DNA of 64,000 nt from Reclinomonas americana ATCC 50394 (taxonomy: Eukaryota): the NCBI GenBank assembly GCA_048213135.1, contig PS015010.1, positions 1,674,001 through 1,738,000 of the forward strand, written 5' to 3'. Positions 30,279 through 40,511 of the stretch are shown here, piece by piece (within the stretch, counting starts at the first letter, position 1; the number at the start of each line of letters is the position of its first letter). The notes beneath the pieces are model-generated. The model did not search any database. It was given only the letters and a program-made list of their open reading frames with translations, and was not told where the DNA came from. The translations under genes were made by a program, and so were the position numbers.

Positions 30279-32057
30279 ATGTCAATAGTTAATTTCCTGC
30301 AACAGAGTACCATAGCGGCATTACAGTCCTTATACAAACAGCCTTTTACGGAAAAGGACTTCCAGGTCAACCTGACCAAACCTGAATTTGAAGGCGATTA
30401 TACGATCGTGCTTTTCTCACTGGTGAAAGCGCTCAAATCTTCGCCTGACGCTATCGGCAACAGCCTTGGCGAATACCTGGTGCGGGAATACCCCGGCCAG
30501 TTTACCGCCTACAATATTATCAAAGGCTTCCTGAACCTGAGCGTGTCTGACGCGTACTGGCTTGAGCTCCTTAACAAAAATCATAGCAATACCACCTATG
30601 GCACCCACCCGTCGAACGGTAAAAAAGTGATGGTGGAGTACTCCTCCCCCAATACCAACAAGCCGCTTCACCTGGGTCACCTGCGCAATAACTTCCTGGG
30701 CTGGAGCGTGGCCGAGATCATGAAAACCAGCGGGTATGACGTGATCAAAAGCTGTATCGTGAACGACAGGGGTATCCATATCTGTAAAAGCATGATCGCC
30801 TGGGAAAGATTCGCCAACGGCGCCACACCGGCCAGTACAGGCATAAAAGGCGATCATTTTGTGGGCGATTATTACGTAAAATTCAACGACGCTTACAAAG
30901 CCGAGGTGGAAGAACTGGTAGCCGGCGGCATGACAAAGGACCAGGCAGAAAAAGAAGCCCCTATTATGAAAGCGACACAGCAGATGCTGCTGGACTGGGA
31001 AACAGGCAAGCCCGAAGTGATAGAATTGTGGAAGAAGATGAACAGCTGGGTATATGAAGGGTTCGACATCACTTATAAAAATATCGGCAGCGATTTCGCT
31101 GTTACTTATTACGAAAGCAACACCTACCTGCTGGGTAAGGAAATCGTGCAACAGGGACTGACCAAAGGCATCTTTACACAGGACCCCGACAACAGCGTTT
31201 GGATTGACCTGACTGCCGACGGGCTTGACCGGAAGATCGTGCAACGTAAAGACGGCACCTCGGTGTACATTACCCAGGACATTGGCCTGGCGCAGCAGAA
31301 ATATGAACAATACGGCATTGACCAGAGCATTTACGTGATCGGCGATGAGCAGAACTACCATATGAAAGTGCTGAAACTGATCGCGGAAAAGCTGGGGCTG
31401 CCCAATGCTGAAAATATTTACCACCTCAGCTATGGCATGGTGGAACTGCCTACCGGTAAAATGAAAAGCCGGGAAGGCACCGTGGTGGATGCGGATGATA
31501 TTGTGACAGAGATGGAAAAAGTGGCGAAAGAAAAAACAGAAGAGCTGGGCAAGGTACAGGACTTCACCGCTGAAGAACTGGCTGAACTGTTTCACACCAT
31601 CGGCCTGGGCGCATTGAAATTCTTCCTGCTGCGGGTTGATCCTAAAAAGAAAATGATCTTTAATCCCGAAGAAAGTATCGACTTCCACGGTTTTACCGGT
31701 CCTTTCATACAGTTCAATCACGCCCGTATTAAAAGTATCCTGAGAAAGAATGAAACAGAAGCCGGAGATATCCCTGCCAGTGCAGGTCTTCTGCCACTGG
31801 AAAAGGAACTGCTGGTGGCACTGGAACAATATCCTTCTGTTGTACAGCAAGCCTGTGATGAGCACAACCCTTCGGCCATTGCCATTTATGTATACCAGGT
31901 GGCAAAAACCTTCAGTTCTTTTTATACCGTACATTCCATTGCCAATGCGGAAACGGAAGAAAAGAAACAACTGCGGTTAAAAATGGCCGCACTAACGGCG
32001 CATACTATCCGCAATGGCATGTCACTGCTGGGCATACAGGTTCCGGAAAGGATGTAA
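30279..32057 (+). CDS. argS: Arginine--tRNA ligase
   Basis: VEYSSPNTNKPLHLGH (HIGH), KMKSREG (KMSKS-like), C-terminal PERM. Confidence 0.98.
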   Translation: MSIVNFLQQSTIAALQSLYKQPFTEKDFQVNLTKPEFEGDYTIVLFSLVKALKSSPDAIGNSLGEYLVREYPGQFTAYNIIKGFLNLSVSDAYWLELLNKNHSNTTYGTHPSNGKKVMVEYSSPNTNKPLHLGHLRNNFLGWSVAEIMKTSGYDVIKSCIVNDRGIHICKSMIAWERFANGATPASTGIKGDHFVGDYYVKFNDAYKAEVEELVAGGMTKDQAEKEAPIMKATQQMLLDWETGKPEVIELWKKMNSWVYEGFDITYKNIGSDFAVTYYESNTYLLGKEIVQQGLTKGIFTQDPDNSVWIDLTADGLDRKIVQRKDGTSVYITQDIGLAQQKYEQYGIDQSIYVIGDEQNYHMKVLKLIAEKLGLPNAENIYHLSYGMVELPTGKMKSREGTVVDADDIVTEMEKVAKEKTEELGKVQDFTAEELAELFHTIGLGALKFFLLRVDPKKKMIFNPEESIDFHGFTGPFIQFNHARIKSILRKNETEAGDIPASAGLLPLEKELLVALEQYPSVVQQACDEHNPSAIAIYVYQVAKTFSSFYTVHSIANAETEEKKQLRLKMAALTAHTIRNGMSLLGIQVPERM

Positions 32058-32164
32058 AAGAAAAAACCGCATGGGTGTACAAAGATTTGACTGTTTGCTG
32101 TAACTTTTCGTGCCCGGGTACGTACGGGTAAAAAACAATCATTCAAACAGCCAATCCAACAGGT

Positions 32165-32686
32165 ATGAAACACATCCTCTCCATCTGTATTTTCCTGTCC
32201 GCAACACTCGTTTCCTGCGTTACAACCAAAGTGTCGGAAAAAGCAGCTTACATCAACAATGAATCGGTAAAGATGCCGAATGAAAAAGCGACCGACATCA
32301 CCATCGTGTGTGTAAGCATGAAAGAAGACAAAGCGGTTTATGAAAAGATCGCCCAGGGCATACAATCATTTCTCATGAAAAAAAATATCCCCAGCGATAT
32401 GCTTTTCTTCGATGCCACCGAAGCTACTCCCGCGGTAAATGCCCGTATTCACCAGAGCAGTAAAAAATACTATATCGTGGTGGAAAAGATGAACGGCAGC
32501 TACCAGAAAGATGAAATGAACAACGACTTTATCGTAAAACAACTGCAGTGTTCCCTTCAAAAAAGCAGCGGGGAATACATCGCCAACCTCACCATCGGCA
32601 TTGACCGCGGCGCCAGCAATAACAGCCTGGGCAAAACGATCGCAGATCTAATTACGGGGTATTTGGGTAAGAAAGGATTGATTTAA
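32165..32686 (+). CDS. Hypothetical lipoprotein
   Basis: LVSC lipobox; alpha/beta body resembling the next gene. Confidence 0.75.
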   Translation: MKHILSICIFLSATLVSCVTTKVSEKAAYINNESVKMPNEKATDITIVCVSMKEDKAVYEKIAQGIQSFLMKKNIPSDMLFFDATEATPAVNARIHQSSKKYYIVVEKMNGSYQKDEMNNDFIVKQLQCSLQKSSGEYIANLTIGIDRGASNNSLGKTIADLITGYLGKKGLI

Positions 32687-32797
32687 TTACGAATTATCAA
32701 TTACGAATTGGGTTGTCGGGAACCAGCAGAACGCTATATGATTCTCATTCTGCAAGTTGTAGCAGCATTCATAATTCGTAATTGATAATTCGTAATT
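32685..32797. repeat. Perfect 25-bp inverted repeat built from AATTACG-family 7-mers
   Basis: AATTACGAATTATCAATTACGAATT (32685-32709) and its exact reverse complement (32773-32797). Confidence 0.9.
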
Positions 32798-32815
32798 TTT
32801 CCTTACCTTCTGCTT

Positions 32816-33356
32816 ATGAAAGCTCCCGCTGCCATACTCTTCCTGCTGTTTTGTGTTTCCTGCAACAGCCTCCGCAATTTTGCCGAAGAGGACAAGGTAT
32901 CTGTTATGCAGCAATCTGCCGTTCAGCAGGGTAAACCGCTGTCTTCTTTACTTATTGTGGGAACAGGAGATGTCATCAGCCGGCAGTTCATCGATGGTAC
33001 TATGGAGGCCTTCCAGCACCGGCTTTGGGGCGAGCAGATCCCCACCTCTTACTTCTTTATTTCCAGCAGTGATTTTTCCGAAGCGGCTGTAGTAAAAAAA
33101 AATGCAGGAGGCCAGTGCCGACCGGTATCGCTACCTGCTATTGGTATCGCAGGACGGCGCTTCTCAACTTGCAGGCAGGAACCCGCTGGTGATGCTTGAT
33201 CTCCGGGTTAAATTATTTGAAAAAGACGTGGAAGAACCGTTATGGTCATCTGCAATCAATCTATCCGGCCGGGTATATAAGGAAGATGTTTATACCCAGG
33301 CCAGCTCTCTCGTATTCCTTCATTTCAAGGCCAACAATTTCCTGGCTAAGCACTGA
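32816..33356 (+). pseudogene. Lipoprotein split by a +1 frameshift in an A9 tract (pseudogene, phase-variable gene or assembly error)
   Basis: ORF 32816 (CVSC lipobox) and ORF 33102-33356 join in frame if the A9 run at 33094-33102 is A8 (…AAVVKKMQEASADRYRYLLLVS…), giving 179 aa. Confidence 0.7.
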
Positions 33357-34233
33357 TCAGTTGCAGCGCCTCCGCAAAAGACACTGGCTGGAAGCCCAGT
33401 TCCTCTTTGGCCTTATCAATCACAAAACCCGTTTTAGGTGGCCGCCTGGCCGTTTCTGACAGGTTGCCGGCATCTGCGGTACTTAATAGTTTTTCATCGA
33501 GCCCGAAACGCCGTGCAGTGGCAACAGCCATATCATAAGGTGTCAGCATTTCTTCGCCGGAAATATGGTAGAGCCCCTCCGCTTTTTTTTCGATCATCAG
33601 GGCAATACCTTTTGCCAGGTCATTCACATAAGTAGGCGTACGCCACTGATCGTTCACTACTCTTATGGCTTTGCCGGCCTCCAGGCTGTTCTTCACCCAG
33701 TTCACCAATGTACTCCTGTGTCCTTTCTGTTCGCCGTATACCAGGCAGGTACGTGCTACCGCTGCAGGCAGGCCACTATGCCATACGGCATGTTCGGCAG
33801 CGAGTTTGCTGCTGCCATAATAGTTGACAGGATCGGGTACGTCGGTTTCTTTGTAAGGTCCACCATCACCGCTAAATACAAAATCTGTGGACACGAAAAG
33901 AAAATAAGGGCGATACGCATGAGCTGCATCCAGCAGGAAACGGGTGGCGGTAACATTATTACTCCAGCATTCCACCTGGTGGCCCTCGCAATAATCCACC
34001 TGCGTCATAGCGGCGGCATGTACAATATAATCCGGGCGTTGTTCCCGTACAAAATGATTCACGGCAAGACCGTCTGTAAGATCAAGACTGTGGTATACAA
34101 AACAACTGCCGGTAAGGGAAGATCGGTTGTCGCCCCTGCCGGCAGCGATAATATGATGATCAGTTGTCTGCAGCAGTAATGCTGATAACTCCTGTCCGAG
34201 TAAACCGTTAGCGCCTGTGATGAGTATCTTCAT
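33346..34233 (-). CDS. rfbD: dTDP-4-dehydrorhamnose reductase (RmlD)-like SDR
   Basis: ITGANGLLG, HAAAMTQVD, STDFVF, YGSSK, DQWRTPT, RP motifs. Confidence 0.85.
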   Translation of the reverse strand: MKILITGANGLLGQELSALLLQTTDHHIIAAGRGDNRSSLTGSCFVYHSLDLTDGLAVNHFVREQRPDYIVHAAAMTQVDYCEGHQVECWSNNVTATRFLLDAAHAYRPYFLFVSTDFVFSGDGGPYKETDVPDPVNYYGSSKLAAEHAVWHSGLPAAVARTCLVYGEQKGHRSTLVNWVKNSLEAGKAIRVVNDQWRTPTYVNDLAKGIALMIEKKAEGLYHISGEEMLTPYDMAVATARRFGLDEKLLSTADAGNLSETARRPPKTGFVIDKAKEELGFQPVSFAEALQLISA

Positions 34234-34340
34234 ACGGATGGGAATTCAAAAGTCAAAATTAAAAAATCAAAACACGGCGCAATTTTCTTTACCATTCGCT
34301 CATCCGCATATCTGCACATTCACACATTTACACATCTGCA

Positions 34341-36476
34341 CTACAGCTTCGGCGTTACACCCATATTATAGAAGATGAACGAATAAATATCAGCGATACT
34401 TTCAATATTCTTCTTGGTATTGCTGGCACCGTGCCCGCTGTTGGTATCGATGCGGATGAGTACCGGGTTACTGCCTTTGTATTTTTCCTGCAATGTTGCG
34501 ATGTACTTGAATGAATGCGCCGGAACTACCCTGTCGTCGTGATCGGCTGTAGTTACCATGGTAGCCGGGTAATTCAGCCCGGGTTTGATGTTGTGCAGTG
34601 GTGAATAAGCATACAGGTTTTTGAAATTGGCTTCATCCTTTTCACTGCTGCCATAATCGGCGATCCAGTTCCACCCAATGGTGAACTTATGAAAGCGCAG
34701 CATGTCCATCACCCCTACCTGCGGAATGGCTACTTTAAACAGGTCGGGACGCTGGTTCATTACAGCGCCTACCAGCAAACCGCCATTGCTTCCGCCGCGA
34801 ATGGCCAGCCTGTCTTTGGTGGTATATTTTTCAGCGATCAGATATTCGCCTGCTGAAATAAAATCATCAAACACATTTTGCTTATTGAGCAGCATACCCG
34901 CCTGGTGCCATTTCTCTCCATACTCTCCCCCGCCACGCAGGTTGGCCTGCGCATATACACCGCCTGCATTCAGGAAAGGTATCAATGTAGCGCTGAAAGC
35001 CGGTGTGAGGTTAATGTTGAAGCCGCCATAGCCATAGAGCAGTGTCACATTACTGCCGTCGCGTTTTACACCTTTTTTACTGATGATGAACATGGGTACT
35101 TTGGTTCCGTCTTTAGAAGTATAGAACACCTGTTTGGTTTCATAGTCCTCTGGATTGAACTGCACTTCCGGTTTGCGGAAGATGGTACTCTTACCCGTAG
35201 CGATCTCATACTTATAGATCGTGGGCGGGAAAGTAAAAGAAGTGAATACATAGAAAGCGAATTTGTCCTCTTTCTCGCCACCCAGTCCGCCGCCACTGCC
35301 CAGGCCAGGATACTTCACTTCGCTGAGTTTTTTCCCGTTAAGATCATATACATAAGTACGGGTAGTTACATCTTTCAGGTAATCCACGAACAGTTTTCCA
35401 CCGCCTGTATTGGCACCCTGCAAAGGTTCGGCCATTTCAGGCACCAGGGTTACTGCTTTACTGATATCGGGGTTGGCGATATCTACAGCGATCACTTTAC
35501 TGTTGGGCGCACCGGCATTGGTCTTGATGATAAAACGGGTGTCTGTATTATCAATAATACCATAATCATCATTACTGATCTCTTTTACAATGGGACGGAA
35601 AGCTGCACCGGCTCCGGCCTTCAGGTCTTTTACCCAAATGGCGTTACCGTCAAATCCTTTACCCCTGTCGCTGATGTAAAGGAAAAGATAATGCTCGTCT
35701 TCACTGGTGGCTGCAGTATTAAAACGCTGAGGATTGGCTTTGTCTTCATATACCAGCACATCGGCGCTTTGTGCAGTGCCTGCTTTATGATAGAATACCT
35801 GGTGGTTCTCATTTTTAGCGCTCAGGTCGCTGGAGCCGGATGCAGGTGCGGGATAACGGCTGTAATAAAACCCATCGCCGGCCCAGGATGCACCGCTCAC
35901 TTTTACCCAGCTCAGTTCATCAGCCAGGTTTTTACCTGTGGCCATATCACGAACATAAAAAGTCTGCCAGTCGCTGCCAGCCTTGCTCAGTCCGACTACA
36001 GCATAAGTGCCGGCTTTATTCAGCGCAAACATCGCCAGCCTTGTGGTACCATCGGTACTCAGCGTATTGGGGTCGATCACCACTTCGGGTGTACCATCGA
36101 GTCCTTTCTGGCGGTACAACACACTCTGGTTCTGTAAACCATCGTTCTTATAAAAATAATACCACTCTCCTTTGCGGAAAGGCGCTGAATATTTAGGATA
36201 GTTGAACAGTTTCTCTATCGACTCGCGGAACTGCTTCCGATAGGGAATTTTGTCAAGGTAATCGAAGGTCACTTTATTCTGTGCGGTCACCCATGCTTTG
36301 GTGGCATCGCTTTTATCGTCTTCCAGCCAGCGGTAAGGGTCCTGCACGGAAGTGCCGAAATAAGTATCGGACTGGTCAACTTTCTGTGTCGAAGGGTAGG
36401 CCAGCTGCGCCTTCGCGGAAGGGGCCGATAGCATTAAGGAGCCGATCAAAGGCATTAGTAACTGTTTTTGGTTCAT
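34341..36476 (-). CDS. Prolyl oligopeptidase (S9A)
   Basis: DPYRWLE, YGYGGF, GGSNGG, DDRV, GHG motifs. Confidence 0.96.
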   Translation of the reverse strand: MNQKQLLMPLIGSLMLSAPSAKAQLAYPSTQKVDQSDTYFGTSVQDPYRWLEDDKSDATKAWVTAQNKVTFDYLDKIPYRKQFRESIEKLFNYPKYSAPFRKGEWYYFYKNDGLQNQSVLYRQKGLDGTPEVVIDPNTLSTDGTTRLAMFALNKAGTYAVVGLSKAGSDWQTFYVRDMATGKNLADELSWVKVSGASWAGDGFYYSRYPAPASGSSDLSAKNENHQVFYHKAGTAQSADVLVYEDKANPQRFNTAATSEDEHYLFLYISDRGKGFDGNAIWVKDLKAGAGAAFRPIVKEISNDDYGIIDNTDTRFIIKTNAGAPNSKVIAVDIANPDISKAVTLVPEMAEPLQGANTGGGKLFVDYLKDVTTRTYVYDLNGKKLSEVKYPGLGSGGGLGGEKEDKFAFYVFTSFTFPPTIYKYEIATGKSTIFRKPEVQFNPEDYETKQVFYTSKDGTKVPMFIISKKGVKRDGSNVTLLYGYGGFNINLTPAFSATLIPFLNAGGVYAQANLRGGGEYGEKWHQAGMLLNKQNVFDDFISAGEYLIAEKYTTKDRLAIRGGSNGGLLVGAVMNQRPDLFKVAIPQVGVMDMLRFHKFTIGWNWIADYGSSEKDEANFKNLYAYSPLHNIKPGLNYPATMVTTADHDDRVVPAHSFKYIATLQEKYKGSNPVLIRIDTNSGHGASNTKKNIESIADIYSFIFYNMGVTPKL

Positions 36477-36654
36477 GGTTTGGTTTTAATGGCTGAGCAA
36501 TACAATTATTATTTTTTCAAGACCGTTAAGTTAAATAATTATTTGGATGTGGGATTTGAGATACAGGATACAAGATGCGGCATCGGGACATATCAACAGT
36601 AATGTGTAAATTTGACACTTAAATGATTTTGGAGGTTTATCTTATCTTTAAGCG

Positions 36655-37638
36655 ATGGAAAAGAAAGTAACTAGGATCGGCGTAATGACATCAGGCGGGG
36701 ACAGTCCGGGTATGAATGCAGCCATAAGGGCTGTGGTACGTACCGGTATATATTACGGATTAGAAGTATTTGGCATCATGAGGGGTTATACCGGCATGAT
36801 GGAAGACGATATTGTACAGATGGAAAGCAAGAGTGTGGCCAACATTATACAGCGTGGCGGCACCATTCTCAAAACTGCCAGGTGCAAACCTTTCCACACC
36901 CCCGAAGGACGGAAGATCGCCTACGATAACCTCAAAAAAAGAGGCATCAACGGGCTGGTGGTGATTGGCGGCGACGGCAGTTTTCGCGGGGCGCAGACCT
37001 TCAGCAATGAATATGACATCCCCTGTATCGGTCTGCCCGGCACCATTGATAAAGACATTGCCGGCACCGATTTCACCATCGGTTTTGATACCGCGGTGAA
37101 TACAGCCGTGGAAGCCATTGATAAAATACGCGATACGGCCGATGCACATGACCGCCTCTTCATTATTGAAGTGATGGGCCGCGATGCCGGTTATATCGCC
37201 CTGCACAGCGGCATTGCCACCGGTGCCGAAAATATCCTCATCCCGGAAAAACGCACCGATATAGATGAGATCATCAACCAACTGGCCGAAAAGGAACGCC
37301 GTAAAAAACTGGTGAACCTTATTGTAGTGGCAGAAGGTGAGGAATTTGGCGGTGCACACGAAATTGCCAAACTCATTAAGAACAAACTGCCCCAGCAGGA
37401 ATCGAGGATCTGCATCCTGGGACATATACAAAGAGGCGGTGCCCCCAGCTGTATGGACCGTGTGATCGCCAGCCGCATGGGCTACCACGCCGTAGAAAGC
37501 CTGGTGGAAGGACGGCATAATGTGTTTGTAGGTATCGTTAATAACAAAATGCACTACACCCCGCTGGATGAGGCTGTAAAGAAAAAACAAAGGATCAGCG
37601 AAGAATGGATGAAGATCGTGAAGATACTGGCCACCTGA
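36655..37638 (+). CDS. pfkA: ATP-dependent 6-phosphofructokinase
   Basis: TSGGDSPGMN, GGDGS, PGTID, EVMGR, GHIQRGG. A TAAATTTG -7 box lies at 36607-36614. Confidence 0.97.
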   Translation: MEKKVTRIGVMTSGGDSPGMNAAIRAVVRTGIYYGLEVFGIMRGYTGMMEDDIVQMESKSVANIIQRGGTILKTARCKPFHTPEGRKIAYDNLKKRGINGLVVIGGDGSFRGAQTFSNEYDIPCIGLPGTIDKDIAGTDFTIGFDTAVNTAVEAIDKIRDTADAHDRLFIIEVMGRDAGYIALHSGIATGAENILIPEKRTDIDEIINQLAEKERRKKLVNLIVVAEGEEFGGAHEIAKLIKNKLPQQESRICILGHIQRGGAPSCMDRVIASRMGYHAVESLVEGRHNVFVGIVNNKMHYTPLDEAVKKKQRISEEWMKIVKILAT

Positions 37639-37649
37639 TCCACGGGAAT

Positions 37650-37798
37650 AATTACTAATTACGAATTTCTAATTATTAATTATTGCCAAAAAGAACAATA
37701 ATACCCGACATATTGCCTGCCCTTTATGAAAACCGATTGCTAACTATATGACACTTTAATTAACCCCATTCGTAATTAGTAATTCGTAATTAGTAATT
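37650..37798. repeat. Inverted pair of AATTACT/AATTACG 7-mer tracts between pfkA and pyk
   Basis: AATTACTAATTACGAATT (from 37650) is exactly complementary to AATTCGTAATTAGTAATT (37781-37798). Confidence 0.8.
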
Positions 37799-37806
37799 AA
37801 ACCAAA

Positions 37807-39297
37807 ATGAGTAAACACATCGATAAGTACCTGCACCAGCAAATGGATAAGGAAGCGGGCATCTTACACTCTCAGAAAAAAACAAAGATCGTTGCCACCG
37901 TAGGTCCTGCCTGCGACACGTACGAAAAACTCAGCGAACTGGTAAAAGTCGGCGTGAATGTTTTCCGCCTCAACTTCTCACACGGTACGCATGACAATAA
38001 AAAGGAAGTGATTGAGCACATCCGCAAGATCAACAAAACCCAGCCTGTAAACATTGCTATCCTCGCTGACCTGCAGGGCCCTAAATTAAGGGTGGGCGAA
38101 CTGGAAAATGGCAGCATACAATTAAAAGAAGGTGCCGACATTATTTTCACTACCGAAAAAGTAGTGGGCAACTCCGAAAGGATATATGTGTCTTACCCCA
38201 ACCTGTCCAAAGACGTGGAAGTAGGCGAAAGGATATTCCTCGACGATGGCAAAATGGAAGTACAGGTAAAAAAGATCATCAGCGATACCGAAGTACAGGT
38301 AAGCATTACCCTGGGCGGTACCCTGTTACCCAAAAAAGGGGTTAACCTGCCTGACTCCAAACTCACCATGCCCTCACTCACAGAGAAGGACCTGGCCGAC
38401 CTGGACTTCATCATCGATCAGCAGGTAGACTGGGTGGCTTTATCCTTTGTAAGAAAAGCCGTCGATATTACCGAGCTGAAAGGCATGATCAAAGCCCGCA
38501 ACAGCAAGATAAAAGTGATCGCCAAAATAGAAATGCCCGAAGCGCTGAAAAACATCCGCGACATCATCGTGGAAAGTGACGGTGTAATGGTAGCCCGTGG
38601 CGATTTGGGTGTGGAAGTGGCGGTAGAGAAAGTACCCCTGCTGCAAAAAGAGATCATCCGCAAATGTATGCACCGTGCCAAACCGGTGATTGTGGCTACG
38701 CAGATGATGGAAAGCATGATCAACCGCACCAAACCCAACCGCAGCGAGGTGACCGACGTGGCCAATGCGGTACTGGAAGGCGCCGACGCTGTAATGCTGA
38801 GCGGGGAAACCGCTACAGGAGATTATCCTGTACTGGTAGTGGAAACGATGAGCAGGATCATACAGGAGGTAGAGAAAACAGTGTATGATTATAACCGCGA
38901 CGATATTTTGTCACCACAACCCCACTCTCCTTCTTTCCTCAGTGACGCTATTTGCTACAGCGCCTGCAAACTGGCGCAGGATGCCAATGCCCGCGCCCTG
39001 GTGGGGATGACACAAAGTGGTTACACCGCTTTCATGCTCAGCAGTTACCGGCCAAGTGCGCCATTATACATTTTCAGTAAGGAAAAAACACTCATCGGCC
39101 AGCTGAGCCTGAGTTGGGGTGTTCGTGCCTTTTACTATGCGGAAGAAGAAAGTCTTGATGATATTATTTACGACCAGTTAGAGATCCTGAAGGAACGGGG
39201 ATTCATACAAACCGGCGACGTAGTGGTGAACACCGGCAGCACACCGGTTGACCTGCATCTGCCTACCAATATTGTGAAGATCACGAAGGTTGAGTAA
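37807..39297 (+). CDS. pyk: Pyruvate kinase
   Basis: KTKIVATVGP, RLNFSHG, DLQGPK, MVARGDLG, ATQMMESM, MLSGETA. Confidence 0.98.
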   Translation: MSKHIDKYLHQQMDKEAGILHSQKKTKIVATVGPACDTYEKLSELVKVGVNVFRLNFSHGTHDNKKEVIEHIRKINKTQPVNIAILADLQGPKLRVGELENGSIQLKEGADIIFTTEKVVGNSERIYVSYPNLSKDVEVGERIFLDDGKMEVQVKKIISDTEVQVSITLGGTLLPKKGVNLPDSKLTMPSLTEKDLADLDFIIDQQVDWVALSFVRKAVDITELKGMIKARNSKIKVIAKIEMPEALKNIRDIIVESDGVMVARGDLGVEVAVEKVPLLQKEIIRKCMHRAKPVIVATQMMESMINRTKPNRSEVTDVANAVLEGADAVMLSGETATGDYPVLVVETMSRIIQEVEKTVYDYNRDDILSPQPHSPSFLSDAICYSACKLAQDANARALVGMTQSGYTAFMLSSYRPSAPLYIFSKEKTLIGQLSLSWGVRAFYYAEEESLDDIIYDQLEILKERGFIQTGDVVVNTGSTPVDLHLPTNIVKITKVE

Positions 39298-39361
39298 TGT
39301 GCGAATATGCAGATGTGAGAATGTGCAGATGAGATAATATGCGAATGTGAAAATATGCAGG
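39297..39361. repeat. 7-mer tract (ATGTGCG/ATATGCA family)
   Basis: About 9 degenerate units starting at the pyk stop: atgtgcga atatgcag atgtgaga atgtgcag ... (7-8 nt period). Confidence 0.6.
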
Positions 39362-39369
39362 TATAACAA

Positions 39370-39415
39370 TGAAAGCCGGTTCAGTGATGAATACATCTCC
39401 TGAACCGGCTTTTCA
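39370..39415. terminator. Hairpin/terminator between convergent genes
   Basis: TGAAAGCCGGTTCAG...CTGAACCGGCTTTTCA. Confidence 0.7.
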
Positions 39416-39492
39416 ATTATCTTGATAGTACAATCGAAGACAGCATGGTCCTGCTCCCCGGAAAAATTTCGTAATTAGTAATTCGTAATTAT

Positions 39493-39921
39493 TTACCCAT
39501 TTGGCCAGCAGCAAATAATAACCCCCGCTATCATACTCCCCAGCACCTGGTAACCGCCGTTGATAAGTAACAGTCCGAAAGGTTTTTTCTCATAGAGATA
39601 ATTGATCGCCATGCCCGTAACCGAAAAACAAACGCTGACAAAGGCGCCCAGTTTAACACCGCTCAGCCAGCATCCATGCAGGGCAAGGCGTTCGGCCAGT
39701 ATGGCAATGGCCAGGCTGACCACGAACATCATGAGGAAAGACCCGCCAAACATCATGCCCACGCCTTTTTTCGCGTTGGGATCATTGATGTCGATCTTTA
39801 AATAAGCGATCCATTTTTTAGCAAACAGCGCTTTGGAATACCATACAGCACCCAGAATAAAATAGGCCAGCGCGGCAACCGCCACAGCTACCCAGTTGAT
39901 GTAGTTAAATAAGCCGGTCAT
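39493..39921 (-). CDS. DUF1761 family membrane protein
   Basis: INWVAVAVAA..F.LGAVWYS..LF...W and LINGGY signature. Confidence 0.85.
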   Translation of the reverse strand: MTGLFNYINWVAVAVAALAYFILGAVWYSKALFAKKWIAYLKIDINDPNAKKGVGMMFGGSFLMMFVVSLAIAILAERLALHGCWLSGVKLGAFVSVCFSVTGMAINYLYEKKPFGLLLINGGYQVLGSMIAGVIICCWPNG

Positions 39922-39988
39922 GGTTGGGAAGTTTTGGTTGAGAAGAAAAATAGTAAAAAATTACTAATTAGTAATTACTAATTAGTAA

Positions 39989-40465
39989 TTAGGCCGTCTT
40001 CTTCTTCATAAACTCCAGCAGATTCCGTTTCGCGGCATTCTTTATCTTCCCCTGGTAAATGGAGTTCCATCCCAGCAGCCAGCCACTGAAGCCCATGGCC
40101 TGGGCACTCCATTTGTGCAGGCTGAAGGCGTCGCTGTGTTCAACGATCTGCCCGCCGGAGAAACGCATATGCGCTTTTATTTTATTGACTACCTTTCTTC
40201 CCGTCCTGGAAAAAGTATAGGTAGCCACCCAATCGCAGGTACTGTATTCCTCATCAAGATGTACGATATTACCATAAGTGATCTCCAGGTCTTTGGCACT
40301 GGTACAGAGCATTTCCCACATGTACCGCACCTGGTCGCCCTCGAGCAGACCGAAAACGGGGTCAAAGAACACGATATCGCTGCTGTAGCAGGCATTCATT
40401 CCCGCATGGTCGCGCTGCTGAAAGGCACTGTAAAATTTGTTGATGAGTTCCTCAGGATTTGCCAT
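39989..40465 (-). CDS. NTF2/SnoaL-like protein
   Basis: FYSAF..RD...M.ACY...F.DPVF...MWEML...W.A.Y.FS.TGRKV.N...H.D.F. Start at MANPEEL. Confidence 0.88.
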   Translation of the reverse strand: MANPEELINKFYSAFQQRDHAGMNACYSSDIVFFDPVFGLLEGDQVRYMWEMLCTSAKDLEITYGNIVHLDEEYSTCDWVATYTFSRTGRKVVNKIKAHMRFSGGQIVEHSDAFSLHKWSAQAMGFSGWLLGWNSIYQGKIKNAAKRNLLEFMKKKTA

Positions 40466-40511
40466 AGCAGAAAGTATTCTTTCGTTAAATTTAGCATTCA
40501 ATTGTTTACCA

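Noticed and set aside
30417-31970. Long antisense ORFs opposite argS (also opposite the M13 peptidase, BamA-like gene, prolyl oligopeptidase, GH20 and others)
   Set aside because: They are shadows of well-supported genes, with no recognisable domains.
40437-40511. Upstream starts in the ORF track for the CocE gene and the overlapping NTF2 gene
   Set aside because: They would make divergent genes overlap. The signal peptide and family N-termini support starts at 40512 and 40465.
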